Assembly (NCBI GenBank): GCA_965212015.1
Contig: OZ243037.1
Coordinates: 96,001-160,000 of the forward strand
Direction of reading: 5' to 3'
Length of the DNA: 64,000 nucleotides
Source: Cenarchaeum sp.
Lineage (GTDB): Archaea > Thermoproteota > Nitrososphaeria > Nitrososphaerales > Nitrosopumilaceae
Made by a program: the position numbers and the translations under genes. Shown here piece by piece: positions 48,563-58,196 of the stretch (the stretch's first letter is position 1; every line of letters starts with the position of its first letter). Below the pieces are notes generated by a model. The model did no database searches, was not told the DNA's origin, and saw only the letters and a list, made by a program, of their open reading frames with translations.

Positions 48563-49273
48563 GTGCTTTTGCAAGACGCAACCGATCCGGAGCTGAGGCG
48601 CATGATCCGCAGGAAAAACCAGGCCGCGGTAATTCCGGTGGGCGCAATCGAGCAGCACGGGCCGCACCTTCCGGTCTCTGTGGATTCTGACATTGTCACC
48701 GAGGTGGCGCGCCGGATATGCAACGAGGGAAAATTCCTCCTGCTGCCAACGCTGTCATACGGCGTCTCTTTTGAGCACGCGCCATTCTTTAATCTGAGCC
48801 TGCAAAAAAGCTCGCTGAGGCGGGTGCTTGCGGACATTATAGACTCGCTTGCGTCAAACAAGATAGGGACCGTCTTTGTCATAAACGGCCACCACGGCAA
48901 CCAGGAATCCCTGAGGGCCATCAAGAGCAAAAAGGCAAGGGTGCACGTCCTGTCCTACTGGCACTATATGCAGGACCCCTTTGATCACGCGGGCCTTGTA
49001 GAGACCTCGCTGATGCTGGCCATATCAAAAAACGTCAAAATGTCCCGGGCCAGGAGGGGCTTTGTGGAGCCGATCATGAGCCGGGCCCAAAGGGCCAGGC
49101 TCTCAAAAAGGGCCTCCAAATCCTTCGTCTCTGTGGCCAAAAACGGGATCTGGGGCGATCCGAGGGGTGCCAGCGCCAAAAAAGGCCGCCAGCTTTTGGC
49201 CGAGATCGCCCAAAATATGGGAAAAAAGTGTCAAACTTGCCTTACTGGGAATGGGCCAAAGTTACACCAATGA
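48563..49273 (+). CDS. Creatininase-family amidohydrolase (ArfB-like)
   Basis: PVGAIEQHGPHLP..D, S.EH, NGHHGN, DHAG..ETS. Confidence 0.88.
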   Translation: MLLQDATDPELRRMIRRKNQAAVIPVGAIEQHGPHLPVSVDSDIVTEVARRICNEGKFLLLPTLSYGVSFEHAPFFNLSLQKSSLRRVLADIIDSLASNKIGTVFVINGHHGNQESLRAIKSKKARVHVLSYWHYMQDPFDHAGLVETSLMLAISKNVKMSRARRGFVEPIMSRAQRARLSKRASKSFVSVAKNGIWGDPRGASAKKGRQLLAEIAQNMGKKCQTCLTGNGPKLHQ

Positions 49274-49318
49274 AATTTTAATATACTCCATCGTTATCCT
49301 TGCCAATAAGTGAAATAA

Positions 49319-49549
49319 ATGTCCGTGGATATGGCAGTAAAAGTACTCGACGAAAGCATCAACAAGGTAGTCTTGATAAAGCTCAAGGGCGACAAGGCGA
49401 TACGGGGTAACTTGCTTGGATTCGATCAGCACATGAACCTGCTACTCGACTCGTCAGAAGAGATCCCTTCTGAGGGCGATTCTAAAATCTTGGGAACCAT
49501 AGTTGTCAGGGGAGATAACGTAGTAATGATCTCACCCCCTCCGGCATAG
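49319..49549 (+). CDS. Archaeal Sm-like (LSm) protein
   Basis: [17 protein letters not shown]. Confidence 0.95.
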   Translation: MSVDMAVKVLDESINKVVLIKLKGDKAIRGNLLGFDQHMNLLLDSSEEIPSEGDSKILGTIVVRGDNVVMISPPPA

Positions 49550-49559
49550 GTGAGCTGGT

Positions 49560-49727
49560 TTGGTAAAGGGCACCACCTCGATGGGCGGTTTTACGAAAAA
49601 ATCAGTCCACATACGATGCAGGCGGTGCGGAAAAAACTCGTACCACAAGCGCCACCACCGGTGTGCCAGCTGCGGGTTTCCCGAGGCGAAACTCAGAAAA
49701 TATTCCTGGATCAAATGGTATACCTAA
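49560..49727 (+). CDS. rpl37e: 50S ribosomal protein L37e (absent from the ORF track, <60 aa)
   Basis: TTG start after AGGTGA; [20 protein letters not shown]....CASCGFP..KLRKYSW; follows LSm as is usual in archaea. Confidence 0.93.
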   Translation: MVKGTTSMGGFTKKSVHIRCRRCGKNSYHKRHHRCASCGFPEAKLRKYSWIKWYT

Positions 49728-50510
49728 ATGCAAGAATTAGTTTTGATTTTGACGGGAATTGCAGGAGCCGCGTCAGCCGTGGCCTACAAGAGGTTTCCAA
49801 GGCACGGGCGGCCGGTCCTGGGTGCAAGCCACAGTATTAAAAACAAGATTCACACGCTGAGGATTGAAAAGGACATACTGACAAAGACCATCTCGAGGCT
49901 GTACCAGCGCGATGCGGGAATCTCGCAGGTGCAAAAGGACAGGCTGCTCTCAAGGTACCAGCACCAGCTGGGAATCGTCCTTGCGCGAATTGAAAAACTG
50001 CAAGAGGCAGAAAGGCATCCGGACCTGGGCCCCGTAGGCGACGGACTGCTGACGCTGATGGACCAAAAGCTCTCCACGCTGGACCAAAGGCTGTACGAGC
50101 TGTCCTCAAAGATTGCAATCGCCAACGCCGGCCGTCCCGTAATGGCAGAGCCAAAAAAACAGATCAAAAGGCCCGAGCTAAAAAGCGAAAAACCGCCCAT
50201 ACAAGAAAAGCAGGAGCTTCTTCCCGCATCAAAGGGCGCAATGGAGATTACCACGCTGACCCGCATATATGGCGGGCCTGCCAGGCCGGCAGCAAGGGTG
50301 CCGGCAAGCCCTGTGATCGTCCCGGCTGCGGCGCCTGTCACCGTGCCGGCAGAATCCCCGGTGCAACCAAGCCCGCAGGTGCCAGAATCCAGCCCGCAGG
50401 CAGAGCATTCCGCGCCCGAACAATCGCCTGATGACGAGGCGGATTTGGCCAGAATAAAAGAGGAGATCATAAAGACGCTGGCCAAGATTGAGCAAGCAGA
50501 GGTGGAATAG
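49728..50510 (+). CDS. Membrane-anchored coiled-coil hypothetical protein
   Basis: N-terminal TM helix, coiled coil, Pro-rich linker, KIEQAEVE end. Confidence 0.75.
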   Translation: MQELVLILTGIAGAASAVAYKRFPRHGRPVLGASHSIKNKIHTLRIEKDILTKTISRLYQRDAGISQVQKDRLLSRYQHQLGIVLARIEKLQEAERHPDLGPVGDGLLTLMDQKLSTLDQRLYELSSKIAIANAGRPVMAEPKKQIKRPELKSEKPPIQEKQELLPASKGAMEITTLTRIYGGPARPAARVPASPVIVPAAAPVTVPAESPVQPSPQVPESSPQAEHSAPEQSPDDEADLARIKEEIIKTLAKIEQAEVE

Positions 50511-51187
50511 TGTCATTTGATGGTGCCATCAAGGCATTGTCGACTGACGCGCTGAGATTTGTAAAGGACGGACAGGTGCTGGGGCTCGGAAGCGGCAGGG
50601 CGGCAACTGCGTTTGTAAGGTCGCTCTCAAGGCATATCCTCGACAGAAACATTGCGATTCGGGCGGTGCCGACCTCGCTGCAGATAAAGCTGGTGGCACA
50701 GCAGGGCGGCATCCCGCTAGTCGAGGCCGACCAGGCAGAAAGGATCGACATTGTATTTGACGGCGCAGATCAAATCGACTCGCAAAAAAACATGATCAAG
50801 GGGGGAGGCGGGGCGCTGCTACAAGAGAACATACTGATCAGCGCTGCCAAAAAGGTGGTAATCATGGCAGACGACTCAAAGTTTGCAAAAAACCTCGACA
50901 TGCCCGTCCCCGTCGAGGTGCATCCGTCGGCGCGCACCACCGCGGCCGGACTAGTCGCAAAGCTTGGCGGCAGGCCGCGACTGCGCCTGCTGGATCGCGG
51001 ATATCCGTTTGTGACAGAAAACGGCGGCGTGATTCTAGAGTGCGACTTTGGCGTAATCGAAAATCCCAGACTGCTGCGCCAGAAACTAGTCGGGCTGGCA
51101 GGTGTCCTGGAGGCCGGGATTTTTACCCGCAAGCCTGATGTTATTTACAGGGCAAGGGCCGGCGGCAAGTTTGACGTGTCAGGCTAG
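50510..51187 (+). CDS. rpiA: Ribose-5-phosphate isomerase A
   Basis: GLGSG, VPTS, DGAD, IKGGGGALL.E. Confidence 0.95.
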   Translation: MSFDGAIKALSTDALRFVKDGQVLGLGSGRAATAFVRSLSRHILDRNIAIRAVPTSLQIKLVAQQGGIPLVEADQAERIDIVFDGADQIDSQKNMIKGGGGALLQENILISAAKKVVIMADDSKFAKNLDMPVPVEVHPSARTTAAGLVAKLGGRPRLRLLDRGYPFVTENGGVILECDFGVIENPRLLRQKLVGLAGVLEAGIFTRKPDVIYRARAGGKFDVSG

Positions 51188-51217
51188 CCGTGCCGCAAGA
51201 CTGCAGGCGCCGCTGTT

Positions 51218-51233
51218 AAAAAAAAAGAAAAAA
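51218..51233 (-). terminator. Oligo-T archaeal terminator
   Basis: T-rich run on the minus strand directly after the stop codon of 51236-51808. Confidence 0.55.
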
Positions 51234-51235
51234 GG

Positions 51236-51808
51236 TTAGGATACTTGGACACTGCCAATCATCCATGGATGAACTAGGCAAAAGTAGTCATAGCTTCCCG
51301 GGGAGTCAAACGTGACCTCGAAGGTGTTTCCACCCAGCAGCAAGTTGCTGTCAAACAGGTCGTCTGGCCCGGATGGTACTGTTCCGCTAGTCACGGTGTG
51401 AGCTGCGACGTCAATATTGTCCCAGCTTACCGTGTCTCCGGCATTGACTGCGACTGAGGCCGGTATGTAGCATTCGTTGGTCGTCTCACAGCCTGCAACC
51501 GATGTTCCCTGTGGGATTGTAACTATGACTGTCTGGGGGCCTGTTGCCTCCTCAGTCAGGGGCTCCTCGATCATGACGCCTTCCGTGGCATCCTCTGCCA
51601 TCATGGCATCCTCCATCTCGGTCTCTTCCATGACATCCTCCATCATTGTCTCTTCCATGACATCCTCGCCCATTACGGCGTCTTTTGCTGGCGTATAGTC
51701 AGTCGATGCCGGTGAATCCTGAATACCCAGTCCGGCTATTGCGAATCCCGCACCTACTGCCACAATAGCGATAGTCCACGCTATTGCCGCCTTGTCTATT
51801 GCTGCCAT
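51236..51808 (-). CDS. Membrane-anchored blue (type 1) copper protein / cupredoxin
   Basis: N-terminal TM helix; HTVTSG...YFCLVHPWM copper ligands. Confidence 0.92.
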   Translation of the reverse strand: MAAIDKAAIAWTIAIVAVGAGFAIAGLGIQDSPASTDYTPAKDAVMGEDVMEETMMEDVMEETEMEDAMMAEDATEGVMIEEPLTEEATGPQTVIVTIPQGTSVAGCETTNECYIPASVAVNAGDTVSWDNIDVAAHTVTSGTVPSGPDDLFDSNLLLGGNTFEVTFDSPGSYDYFCLVHPWMIGSVQVS

Positions 51809-51859
51809 TAACGGGGTTGCGGATCGGCGAATTATAAATCGTTATGAATCCGGGTGCGC

Positions 51860-53245
51860 CTAGACGGGACGCATTACCTGCCTGCCGTACCCCGGCTTGG
51901 CAGTCACCTCAAAGTCTTCTGCCACCATCTGGCCCCTGACCATGGTCTTTACCGGCCATCCCCGGAGCTGCCACCCCTCGTATACGGCATAGTCTGAAAA
52001 GCCGCCAAACATCTCACTTGACACCTTTTTTTCCAGCTTCAAGTCGATCATGGCAATGTCGGCATCTGCGCCTGCCGCAAGCGATCCCTTGGCCGGACGC
52101 ATCGAAAATATTCCCGCTGCGTTTGCGCTGGTAAGCGAGACTAGCCGCTCCAGGGAGATCCTGCCCTTGTTTACCCCCTCGCTTAGCAGTATCGGCAGGA
52201 CGGTGCCGATTCCGGGAAACCCGGCCAGTGCGCCCCACACGTCGTCGCCTCCCAGCTTGAGCTTTAGCCTGTTTGCCACGTGGTCCGTGCCGATCGTGTC
52301 AATCTCGCCGGCAAGCGCGCGCCAGATTTCCCTGTTGTCGTCTGCGGTCCTGATTGGCGGCATTACCTTTGCTGCGTATCCCTTTTGTCTTTCATATGAC
52401 AGCGTAAGATAGTGCGGGCACGTCTCTACAAAAATTTTGGTGCCCTTTTTCTTTTCCTGCCTGATCTGATCCATTGCGCGCGCAGAGCCGATGTGGACAA
52501 AATAGACGGTGCACCCAAACTCGCGCGCAAACCCCGACACCTGCGAAATCGCCTTGGCCTCCGATTCGGGGGGGCGGCTCTCCGACCACGCAGCAAGGCC
52601 GTCCTTGTTTTTCTCCCTTGCCGTCCTAATCCCGCAGGAGCACGACTCATAGTCCTCTGCGTGCACCAGGACGGGACAGTTCAGCCCTGCAGCCGTCCTT
52701 ACTATATTGCGGACAATCTCGGAGCTTACCTCCACGTCGGCCTGTACAAGCGCACTTGATCCCGGCTGCATGTCCATGTACACGTGGCCTATCTCGGATC
52801 CCAAATTCATGTATATCTTGAATGATGTTATCGAGTTTTCTGCGCAAAACCCCATCTCGGCTGCCTGCCTGTCATCAAATATTGACGCGTGGACCGTATA
52901 GTCCACGTGGTGGGATCTGCCGCTGGCATCCAGCTGGGCCCCCAGCGATTCCCTGTAGGAGCCGCCCAGCCGCAGCATGCGCATCATGGTGGTAACGCCG
53001 CCGATTGCGGCCGCATGCGACTCTGTTGAGGCCGCCTGCTCAATTGGCGAATATACCCCGTAATGCACGTGTGTGTCGATCATTCCCGGCATCGAGACCA
53101 GGCCGCCTGCGCGGATCTTTTTGTCGCATGCCGGCACGTCGCCTGTCAGCCCCACAATCCTTCCGCAGTCGATCACTATGTTTTTTTCGACCATCCCGCC
53201 GGGCAGGATTACGTGCGAGTCTGTGATTACTGCGTCGTAGGTCAT
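51860..53245 (-). CDS. Dihydroorotase/allantoinase-family amidohydrolase
   Basis: PGMIDTHVH, VHAE, ETCPHYL, PPIR, GTDH, DADI. Confidence 0.88.
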   Translation of the reverse strand: MTYDAVITDSHVILPGGMVEKNIVIDCGRIVGLTGDVPACDKKIRAGGLVSMPGMIDTHVHYGVYSPIEQAASTESHAAAIGGVTTMMRMLRLGGSYRESLGAQLDASGRSHHVDYTVHASIFDDRQAAEMGFCAENSITSFKIYMNLGSEIGHVYMDMQPGSSALVQADVEVSSEIVRNIVRTAAGLNCPVLVHAEDYESCSCGIRTAREKNKDGLAAWSESRPPESEAKAISQVSGFAREFGCTVYFVHIGSARAMDQIRQEKKKGTKIFVETCPHYLTLSYERQKGYAAKVMPPIRTADDNREIWRALAGEIDTIGTDHVANRLKLKLGGDDVWGALAGFPGIGTVLPILLSEGVNKGRISLERLVSLTSANAAGIFSMRPAKGSLAAGADADIAMIDLKLEKKVSSEMFGGFSDYAVYEGWQLRGWPVKTMVRGQMVAEDFEVTAKPGYGRQVMRPV

Positions 53246-53320
53246 TGATTATTGGCCGTAACTGGCGCTATTATTCTTTAAGAAAATGAATAAAAATCGG
53301 GACATTTTGCTAGTATGAAG

Positions 53321-53395
53321 GGGCCGGTGGTTTAGTGGTATAATGCTGCGTTCGCAACGCAGATGTCAAGGGTTCAATTCCCTTCCGGTCCACCA
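53321..53395 (+). tRNA. tRNA-Ala (anticodon CGC), CCA encoded
   Basis: GGGCCGG/CCGGTCC acceptor stem with G3:U70; CTGCG-ttcgcaa-CGCAG anticodon arm; GGTTCAATTCC. Confidence 0.95.
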
Positions 53396-53430
53396 TAACT
53401 ATTATACGTCAACTCTGGATATCAGACCCC

Positions 53431-53790
53431 ATGAGGGTATTTGACGGAAGAAAGGCAGCAGAAGACTATATGGCCGCGCACACCCTGACGTTTTCCACGC
53501 CGGATCTGACCCTGAAGCGCTTTGCCTTTTGGCTGGGCGACATGGTGCCCGATCCGGAAAACAAGCAGGATGCGATTCCAAGGCTTTACACCTATGTCGA
53601 GGAGAAGGACTTTGAGCCAGTCAACATAATCGACGAGGAGCACTATACGCCCAGCGGGGCGGTCCTGGGCTCCGGCATGTACGGGGGCCGGCAGGCCGAA
53701 TCCGGCGATGTAAAGTTCTGCTCGGAATGCGGCGCAAAGATATCAGAAAGCGCAAGATTCTGCACAGAGTGCGGCACTACACAGGACTGA
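53431..53790 (+). CDS. Zinc-ribbon domain protein
   Basis: FCSECG..FCTECG at the C-terminus. Confidence 0.8.
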   Translation: MRVFDGRKAAEDYMAAHTLTFSTPDLTLKRFAFWLGDMVPDPENKQDAIPRLYTYVEEKDFEPVNIIDEEHYTPSGAVLGSGMYGGRQAESGDVKFCSECGAKISESARFCTECGTTQD

Positions 53791-53791
53791 C

Positions 53792-54313
53792 TCACATCCT
53801 GTTGCCGCACTTTGAGCAAAACTTTGCGTTTTTTCTCAGCGGCGCGCCACACGCAGAACAGCCACCGTCCCGGGGCTGCATATGCGACACCAGCGAGGGA
53901 TCCGGCGACGGCAGCGTTCCGGGCTGGCCGAACTCCTCTGATGCAATCACCCTTGGCGGTGCGCCCACCGGGGCGTCTGCGGTTCCCGCCCTGGGCGGCA
54001 TGCCGCCGGGGCCTGGCACTCCCGTTCCGGGCATCAGGCCCGGCGACTGTGTGCCGCCCGGCGCGTGACCGCCGGCCATCTTGTCTAGTGATTTTTTGAT
54101 CTCAATGATTACCTTTACTGCGAGAAACTCTAGCGCGGAGCACGCCACGGTATAGTCGCCAAGCTTTGCAAAGAACTCTTTTTCTGCTATCTTGCCGTCC
54201 TTGTACAGGCCGTTTGTGGCCACCATTCCCTCATAGTACCCCTGCGTGTCATTAAAGAGGCTCTCCAGTTTTTCTGTGAGCAGGTTCAGGGTGTCTACCT
54301 CGCCTAGCGACAT
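53792..54313 (-). CDS. Zinc-ribbon domain protein
   Basis: CSACG..FCSKCG after a Pro/Gly linker. Confidence 0.8.
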   Translation of the reverse strand: MSLGEVDTLNLLTEKLESLFNDTQGYYEGMVATNGLYKDGKIAEKEFFAKLGDYTVACSALEFLAVKVIIEIKKSLDKMAGGHAPGGTQSPGLMPGTGVPGPGGMPPRAGTADAPVGAPPRVIASEEFGQPGTLPSPDPSLVSHMQPRDGGCSACGAPLRKNAKFCSKCGNRM

Positions 54314-54411
54314 GGTGTGGGCTGGATTTCTGTATTATTAATTACTTTGGCAGAAAACCGTGCGCGGTATTCCGGCGGTGACACGCATGCGCGATTCTGG
54401 CCTTGCGGGGA

Positions 54412-54744
54412 TTATGCCTTTTCCAAGGCCTTGTCGATCATGCCCCTGTAGGATTCCTTGGACGCCGCGCCCACCTGCTGGCTGACTATCTCGCCCTTGT
54501 GAAACACAATGAGCGTCGGAATGCTAAAGACGTTGTACTTTGAGGCAAGCTCGCCGGCCTCGTCCACGTTGACCTTTACAAAGCTTACCCTGTCCTTATA
54601 GTCGCCTGCCAGCTCGTCTATTACGGGGCCCACCATCTTGCACGGGCCGCACCACTCTGCCCAAAAGTCCACGAATACGGGAACGGGTGAGCTGATGACG
54701 CTGGCCTCCCATGCCTGCGCGTCTGATACCTTTGTGACTGCCAT
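54412..54744 (-). CDS. trxA: Thioredoxin
   Basis: DFWAEWCGPCK, SIPT. Confidence 0.95.
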   Translation of the reverse strand: MAVTKVSDAQAWEASVISSPVPVFVDFWAEWCGPCKMVGPVIDELAGDYKDRVSFVKVNVDEAGELASKYNVFSIPTLIVFHKGEIVSQQVGAASKESYRGMIDKALEKA

Positions 54745-54849
54745 TGCCGGTTCTCTGCCAATCACACCTAAATATGTTCATTTTGGCCGCGGGAATTGGA
54801 TCCGGCCTCTCAAAAATAGTTTTAAATGGCCGCAGGCCAAGTCTGAACC

Positions 54850-55569
54850 ATGAGTTCTGATCAAAGGATAAAAAAACTCAGGGGCTCGGGCGGATACGTT
54901 ATGGCAAGCGTTGATGACGAGCAGCAAAAAAAGGGAAGCCTCGGCGGCCCCGACTTGTTTCTGGCACCCATCGGAAGGCTCGACTCTGAAAAGATTTCAA
55001 AGTATTTCTGCAACACGTGCGAAAAGGACTATGACGGCAGCCCAAAGATAGAGTACGAGAACCCAAACGAGGAGGTGGCAGAGAACCTGATACTGGCAGA
55101 AAGGGGGCAGTATGTGTGTGGCACGTGCGGCTCCACGCTGGCAGAATACAGGGATTTTGTAAAGCCCGACGAGCAGGTCCAAGTCGGCATGGCAAAGCCA
55201 GAGTCCGAGGCGGCCTTTGCAGGGGCGCCGCCTGCGCCTGATCTGCGGCCCGCTGATCTGCCGCAAGAGATGGCCGAGGATCCGTCGGTAAGCTCCATCG
55301 TGGGCATGTCCGTGTTTGACGAAAACGGCATAAAGTTGGGCGTTGCAAACCAGGTCGGCGTCGATTCTGCCCGGAACATTGTAGTGGTCATAACCGGCAA
55401 CGACGGCGGCGAGCAGACCGTTCCGTGGAGCAGGGTAAAAAAAATAGGCGAAATCATACTTTTGGGCGGCCCGGCCACACAGGCGGATTCTGCGGCAACG
55501 TGCCCCGGATGCGGCTTTGAGAACAAGGCCGACTCAAAGTTCTGCGAGCAGTGCGGAAACAAGATCTGA
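54850..55569 (+). CDS. PRC-barrel and zinc-ribbon protein
   Basis: CxxC pairs, IVGMSVFDENG..LG, IGEIILL, CPGCG..FCEQCG. Confidence 0.75.
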   Translation: MSSDQRIKKLRGSGGYVMASVDDEQQKKGSLGGPDLFLAPIGRLDSEKISKYFCNTCEKDYDGSPKIEYENPNEEVAENLILAERGQYVCGTCGSTLAEYRDFVKPDEQVQVGMAKPESEAAFAGAPPAPDLRPADLPQEMAEDPSVSSIVGMSVFDENGIKLGVANQVGVDSARNIVVVITGNDGGEQTVPWSRVKKIGEIILLGGPATQADSAATCPGCGFENKADSKFCEQCGNKI

Positions 55570-55595
55570 TAACCCCGGACCGATGTGAGGATACA

Positions 55596-56360
55596 ATGAC
55601 CATGCAGCCACTCCTCAAGGAAGTGATAAAAAACATTGTAATCGTCGCAGTCGGCGCGGCCATAATCTGGGGATCGCTGCTGGTGGTGTTTGGGACGCAA
55701 AACCCGTTTTACGTGGTATCCAGCGGAAGCATGGTGCCAGAACTGCAGGTCTTTGACATTCTGGTGGTAAACGGAAACGAGCCGTTCGAAGAGGTGGACG
55801 TCGGCGACATTATCGTGTTTAACCGCCCAAGCGGCGAGGACAGGGTGATAGTGCACAGGGTGGCCTCGATAATAGACGAGGATCCGCTCACAATCCGCAC
55901 AAAGGGCGACGCAAACGCCGCCTCGATTCCCGGGACGGACTTTCCAATCACGGAGCAGGAGTACATCGGCCAGGTGGCATACGTGGTGCCGCAGATAGGA
56001 TACGTCACCCGCATACTGACCCCGCCAATCAACTATATCATTATCGCAATAGTAATCGGGCTAATGATTGCAAGGCACTTTTCCAAAAACAGGGGACAGT
56101 CCGCCGCAGGCGGCGATGAGGGGCCCGACATCAATGATGCGGATGCCGGCGATGCGACACGCCCCGAGTCAGACGGTGGTGCAAAATCCGGACAGGCAGA
56201 TGCGGCACGCCAAGTGTCAAACGGCGACGGGGGGCAGGAGATCAGGGATGCGGATGCAGGCGATGTTACACGCCCCGAATCAGGCGGCGGTGCAAAATCC
56301 GGACAGGCCGGCCTCGAGTCCGGTAACGCAGACGCGCAAAAAGACTCTAGGAAATCCTAA
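55596..56360 (+). CDS. Signal peptidase I (Sec11-type) with extended low-complexity tail
   Basis: VVSSGSMVP, GDIIVF, IVHRV, TKGDAN. Start approximate. Confidence 0.92.
   Translation: MTMQPLLKEVIKNIVIVAVGAAIIWGSLLVVFGTQNPFYVVSSGSMVPELQVFDILVVNGNEPFEEVDVGDIIVFNRPSGEDRVIVHRVASIIDEDPLTIRTKGDANAASIPGTDFPITEQEYIGQVAYVVPQIGYVTRILTPPINYIIIAIVIGLMIARHFSKNRGQSAAGGDEGPDINDADAGDATRPESDGGAKSGQADAARQVSNGDGGQEIRDADAGDVTRPESGGGAKSGQAGLESGNADAQKDSRKS
56136..56308 (+). repeat. 62-bp duplication (111-bp period) in the signal peptidase tail
   Basis: gatgcggatgc..cgccccga..gcaaaatccggacaggc at 56136 and 56247. Confidence 0.85.
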
Positions 56361-57843
56361 AGACGCGCTTAAAGTACTCTGAGGGCTCTTGTGGCTCTTT
56401 GATGTCGTTTGTAATTCCGGCCAGGTTCTTTGCAAGGTTCATCTTGTATCCGAGCTGCATCTGGCGCTGGATCTGTATCCTCTGCGCCTGCGGCGAGCCG
56501 GCCCCGTGCATGGATTCGGTGAGATAGCCCACTGCGTTTCTGCCCAGCGTCATGTTTTCTATTAGCCGCAGGATCCTCATCCTGTTTTCCACATCGACGT
56601 CCTTTCTGCCTGCAAGGTATTTTTTTAGCAGCGGCCCCACCTGCGGGTGCCTAAAGTCCTTCTCTGAGGGCAGCGTCACTAGCAGTCCGCCGGCAATGTC
56701 CTGTGCCAGCCGTCCTATCTCGTAGGGAAACCTCGTGACGTTGTGCTTGCACACCTGCGCTAGCATGTCGTCGTTAAGATAGACGCCTGACTTCATCCTG
56801 TGCGCCTGGTATGACGATGCGATTCCGGCAGCAAAGATCGTCTCATTGAGGTGCGTCATTTCTATTAGCTTGTCCTTGATGTGCGACACTCTGGGGATGC
56901 CGTTATAGTCTGCAATCGTGCCTGCCGCGCCAATCAGCACGTCTCCCAGTCCGGTCTTGCAGACATAGCTGCGCCTGTGATAGCAGGTAAACCTCTCGAT
57001 TAGCATAGAGGCAAACTCGTACTCGCCGTGCATGAACACCTTGTCCCACGGAATAAACACCCTGTCCAGAATTATCAGCGCCTCCTGCCCGCCGTACTTT
57101 GCATTTCCGGCATCGATGTCGCCTTCCTCCATGCTCCGGGTGTCGCACGACTGCCTGCCGTATACGTACGTCAGCCCCTTTGCGTCTGCGGGAAACGCCC
57201 CGACTATGGCCCAGTCCTTGTCCTCCTCGGTAAGGCGAATCGTCGGCATTATGATTATCCAGTGCGAGTTGATGCACCCTGTCTGGTGGGCCTTTGCGCC
57301 AGACACGTATACGCCCTTTTCGTCCCTGTCGACTATGCGGGTGTACAGATCCGGATCGGCCTGCTCTGATGGACCCTTGCTCCTGTCGCCCTTGGGATCA
57401 GTCATTGCGCCGCCGATGACCATGTTTTCCTTTTGCATCTCTTTGATGAACTCTAATAGCCTCTTGTGATAGTCAGTCCCGTGCTTTTCGTCAATCTCAA
57501 AGGTCGTCGAGTGCAGCGAGTTTAGCGCATCCATTCCTACGCACCGCTGAAAACACGTGCCGGTGTTTTGTCCGAGCTTGCGCTGCATCTTGTTTTGCAT
57601 TACCAGGTCCTGTGCGCTTTCTGCAATGTGAAGGAACCTGTTTACCCTGCCGTTGCTAATCGAGGACTGTGCCGATGCGAGCTCTTCTTCCCTGGCTGCA
57701 AGGTCGTACGTCTCTGCCACTGCGTTAATCGACGGCCTGATGATCGGATGATCCACGGGATCGTCGATCAGCTCGCCGAAAAGATATACCTTTAGCTCCC
57801 TTCCCCTCAGGCTGTCTATATAGTCCTGACCGGTTTTGATCAT
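56347..57843 (-). CDS. hcd: 4-hydroxybutyryl-CoA dehydratase (3HP/4HB cycle)
   Basis: GTCFQRCVGMD, AMTDPKGDR, YHRRSYVCK, ESMHGAGSPQAQ. Confidence 0.95.
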   Translation of the reverse strand: MIKTGQDYIDSLRGRELKVYLFGELIDDPVDHPIIRPSINAVAETYDLAAREEELASAQSSISNGRVNRFLHIAESAQDLVMQNKMQRKLGQNTGTCFQRCVGMDALNSLHSTTFEIDEKHGTDYHKRLLEFIKEMQKENMVIGGAMTDPKGDRSKGPSEQADPDLYTRIVDRDEKGVYVSGAKAHQTGCINSHWIIIMPTIRLTEEDKDWAIVGAFPADAKGLTYVYGRQSCDTRSMEEGDIDAGNAKYGGQEALIILDRVFIPWDKVFMHGEYEFASMLIERFTCYHRRSYVCKTGLGDVLIGAAGTIADYNGIPRVSHIKDKLIEMTHLNETIFAAGIASSYQAHRMKSGVYLNDDMLAQVCKHNVTRFPYEIGRLAQDIAGGLLVTLPSEKDFRHPQVGPLLKKYLAGRKDVDVENRMRILRLIENMTLGRNAVGYLTESMHGAGSPQAQRIQIQRQMQLGYKMNLAKNLAGITNDIKEPQEPSEYFKRVFRIS

Positions 57844-57927
57844 GCCGTATGTGCCCCTAGGTTGTATAAAAATTCTAGATATGTAGTTTTTTTGGACGTT
57901 TTTTGTAATCACTGACTGGCCTTATCA

Positions 57928-58050
57928 TCAGGGCTCCTCCATTGCCCTGAGGTATTGGCCAACCGTGTGATATTCGTGCGACTCGATCTCCTTGCTGCGC
58001 ACCTTTGCAATTATCTCGTCTGGTGACATCCTGCCCAAGTTCATCCCCAT
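57928..58050 (-). CDS. Small hypothetical protein (~40 aa)
   Basis: ATG at 58050 with TTTAATA about 30 nt upstream; 3' part of the 64-aa ORF in the track. Confidence 0.4.
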   Translation of the reverse strand: MGMNLGRMSPDEIIAKVRSKEIESHEYHTVGQYLRAMEEP

Positions 58051-58196
58051 ATTGATCACCGATACCAAAATACGCATATTAAACCGTTCGTTATTTTTTA
58101 ACAAATAACCCAAAACATCCACCGGCCATCATTGCACCACATGCCTGTTTCAAGGAAACATCCGGCATCTGCCAGCCGGGCTGACATACTACAGAA

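Noticed and set aside
49550-49840. 96-aa ORF from the track
   Set aside because: Wrong frame; the real gene is rpl37e at 49560-49727.
53321-53430. tRNA-Ala as an island attachment site
   Set aside because: Flanked by ordinary conserved genes; no att duplication noticed.
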